Positions 63,201-64,000 of a stretch of DNA of 64,000 nucleotides are shown piece after piece (position 1 is the first letter of the stretch; the number at the start of each line of letters is the position of its first letter). A program made the translations under genes and the position numbers. This DNA is from the human T2T-CHM13v2.0 reference genome, Homo sapiens. The notes beneath the pieces were generated by a model that saw only the letters and a program-made list of their open reading frames with translations, made no database searches and was not told the origin of the DNA. The DNA lies in the NCBI RefSeq assembly GCF_009914755.1, contig NC_060933.1; one strand, given 5' to 3'.

Positions 63201-64000
63201 CCTCTGGGTAGAATAGTGAGGGTCTTGAGGAACCCTACGGGGCCTGCCCCAGCCCTGCCATCTCCCCGCTCAGGCCAACGGCACCTCCTCCCAGCATCAG
63301 CCTTCTGGTGCAGCTCCGGACTCAGACGCCTTTCCTTGGAAACCGTAGCTAGTGGCCCCCTGCCCCATGGATGGCTCCAGGAACTCACCGGCCCCTCCCA
63401 AGGAGACCTGGCTGAGGGCTGAAGCGGAGTGAGGAGAGGGCTCTAGCCTGCACCTCGGCCTGCTCCGCCCCTGGTCCTCCCCGGGCCTGTGTGTGGAAAG
63501 GCTCACGGCAGAGCCTCCGTGTGCGTGAGATTGTCCTGGGGGACCTCCCAAGCCCCTCTGAGCTGCTGCTCAGGTCCCAGTCACCAGAGGTCACCCCGGG
63601 GTGCTTGCCACCCCCCTGCCAGCACCTCACAGTTCTGGCCCACCAGACAGCAGCTCCCTGTCTCTCGCTGGCTCTGCCCAGCCCCTGGCCCTCGGCCTTG
63701 GTGTGTCATCTGGGGAGGGCAGCACTACCTGTCACAGGCAACAGTGGGGGTCAAGAGAGAATGCACACAGCTCGGTGACCGGCACTGGGACCTGATGGCG
63801 TGGTACCGGACAACACCTGACATCATATCCCCCTGGGGCCGGCGACGGATGCTGGGCTGTAAAAACCTGAGGGAAACTTGTCTGAGGCCTGCCTAAGGCT
63901 CAGGGACCTAGCCGAGGGACACTGTAAAGAGAGGCTGAGTCACCCTGAAACCCAGTGGGTGGGAGCAGCTTTCTGACTTCAGCTTTCCGCTCCAATACAG

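Overview
Primate (almost certainly human, 9q34) genomic DNA. In order it holds: the 3' seven exons of GTF3C5 (+), with the tailed mirtron MIR6877; the complete 11-exon carboxyl ester lipase gene CEL (+); its tandem pseudogene CELP (+); and coding exons 2-18 of RALGDS (-). Alus, old L1M fragments, LTRs and a decayed ERV3/HERV15-like provirus fill the spaces. Main observations: (1) this CEL allele has 16 VNTR units with one extra C in unit 11, which truncates the tail at ...PRAAHG*; (2) the CEL/CELP tandem-duplication junction, an 8.4-kb Alu-Alu deletion upstream of CEL and the 4.8-kb CELP deletion junction can all be read at base resolution; (3) the provirus keeps an intact 40-codon single-TM ORF whose stop overlaps the env ATG; (4) a cryptic 107-nt exon in the CEL promoter could join GTF3C5 to CEL in frame; (5) a (GGGGCN)12 G-run array sits next to a weak RALGDS donor. 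All coordinates were read by eye, repeat subfamily names are approximate, and no searches were run.
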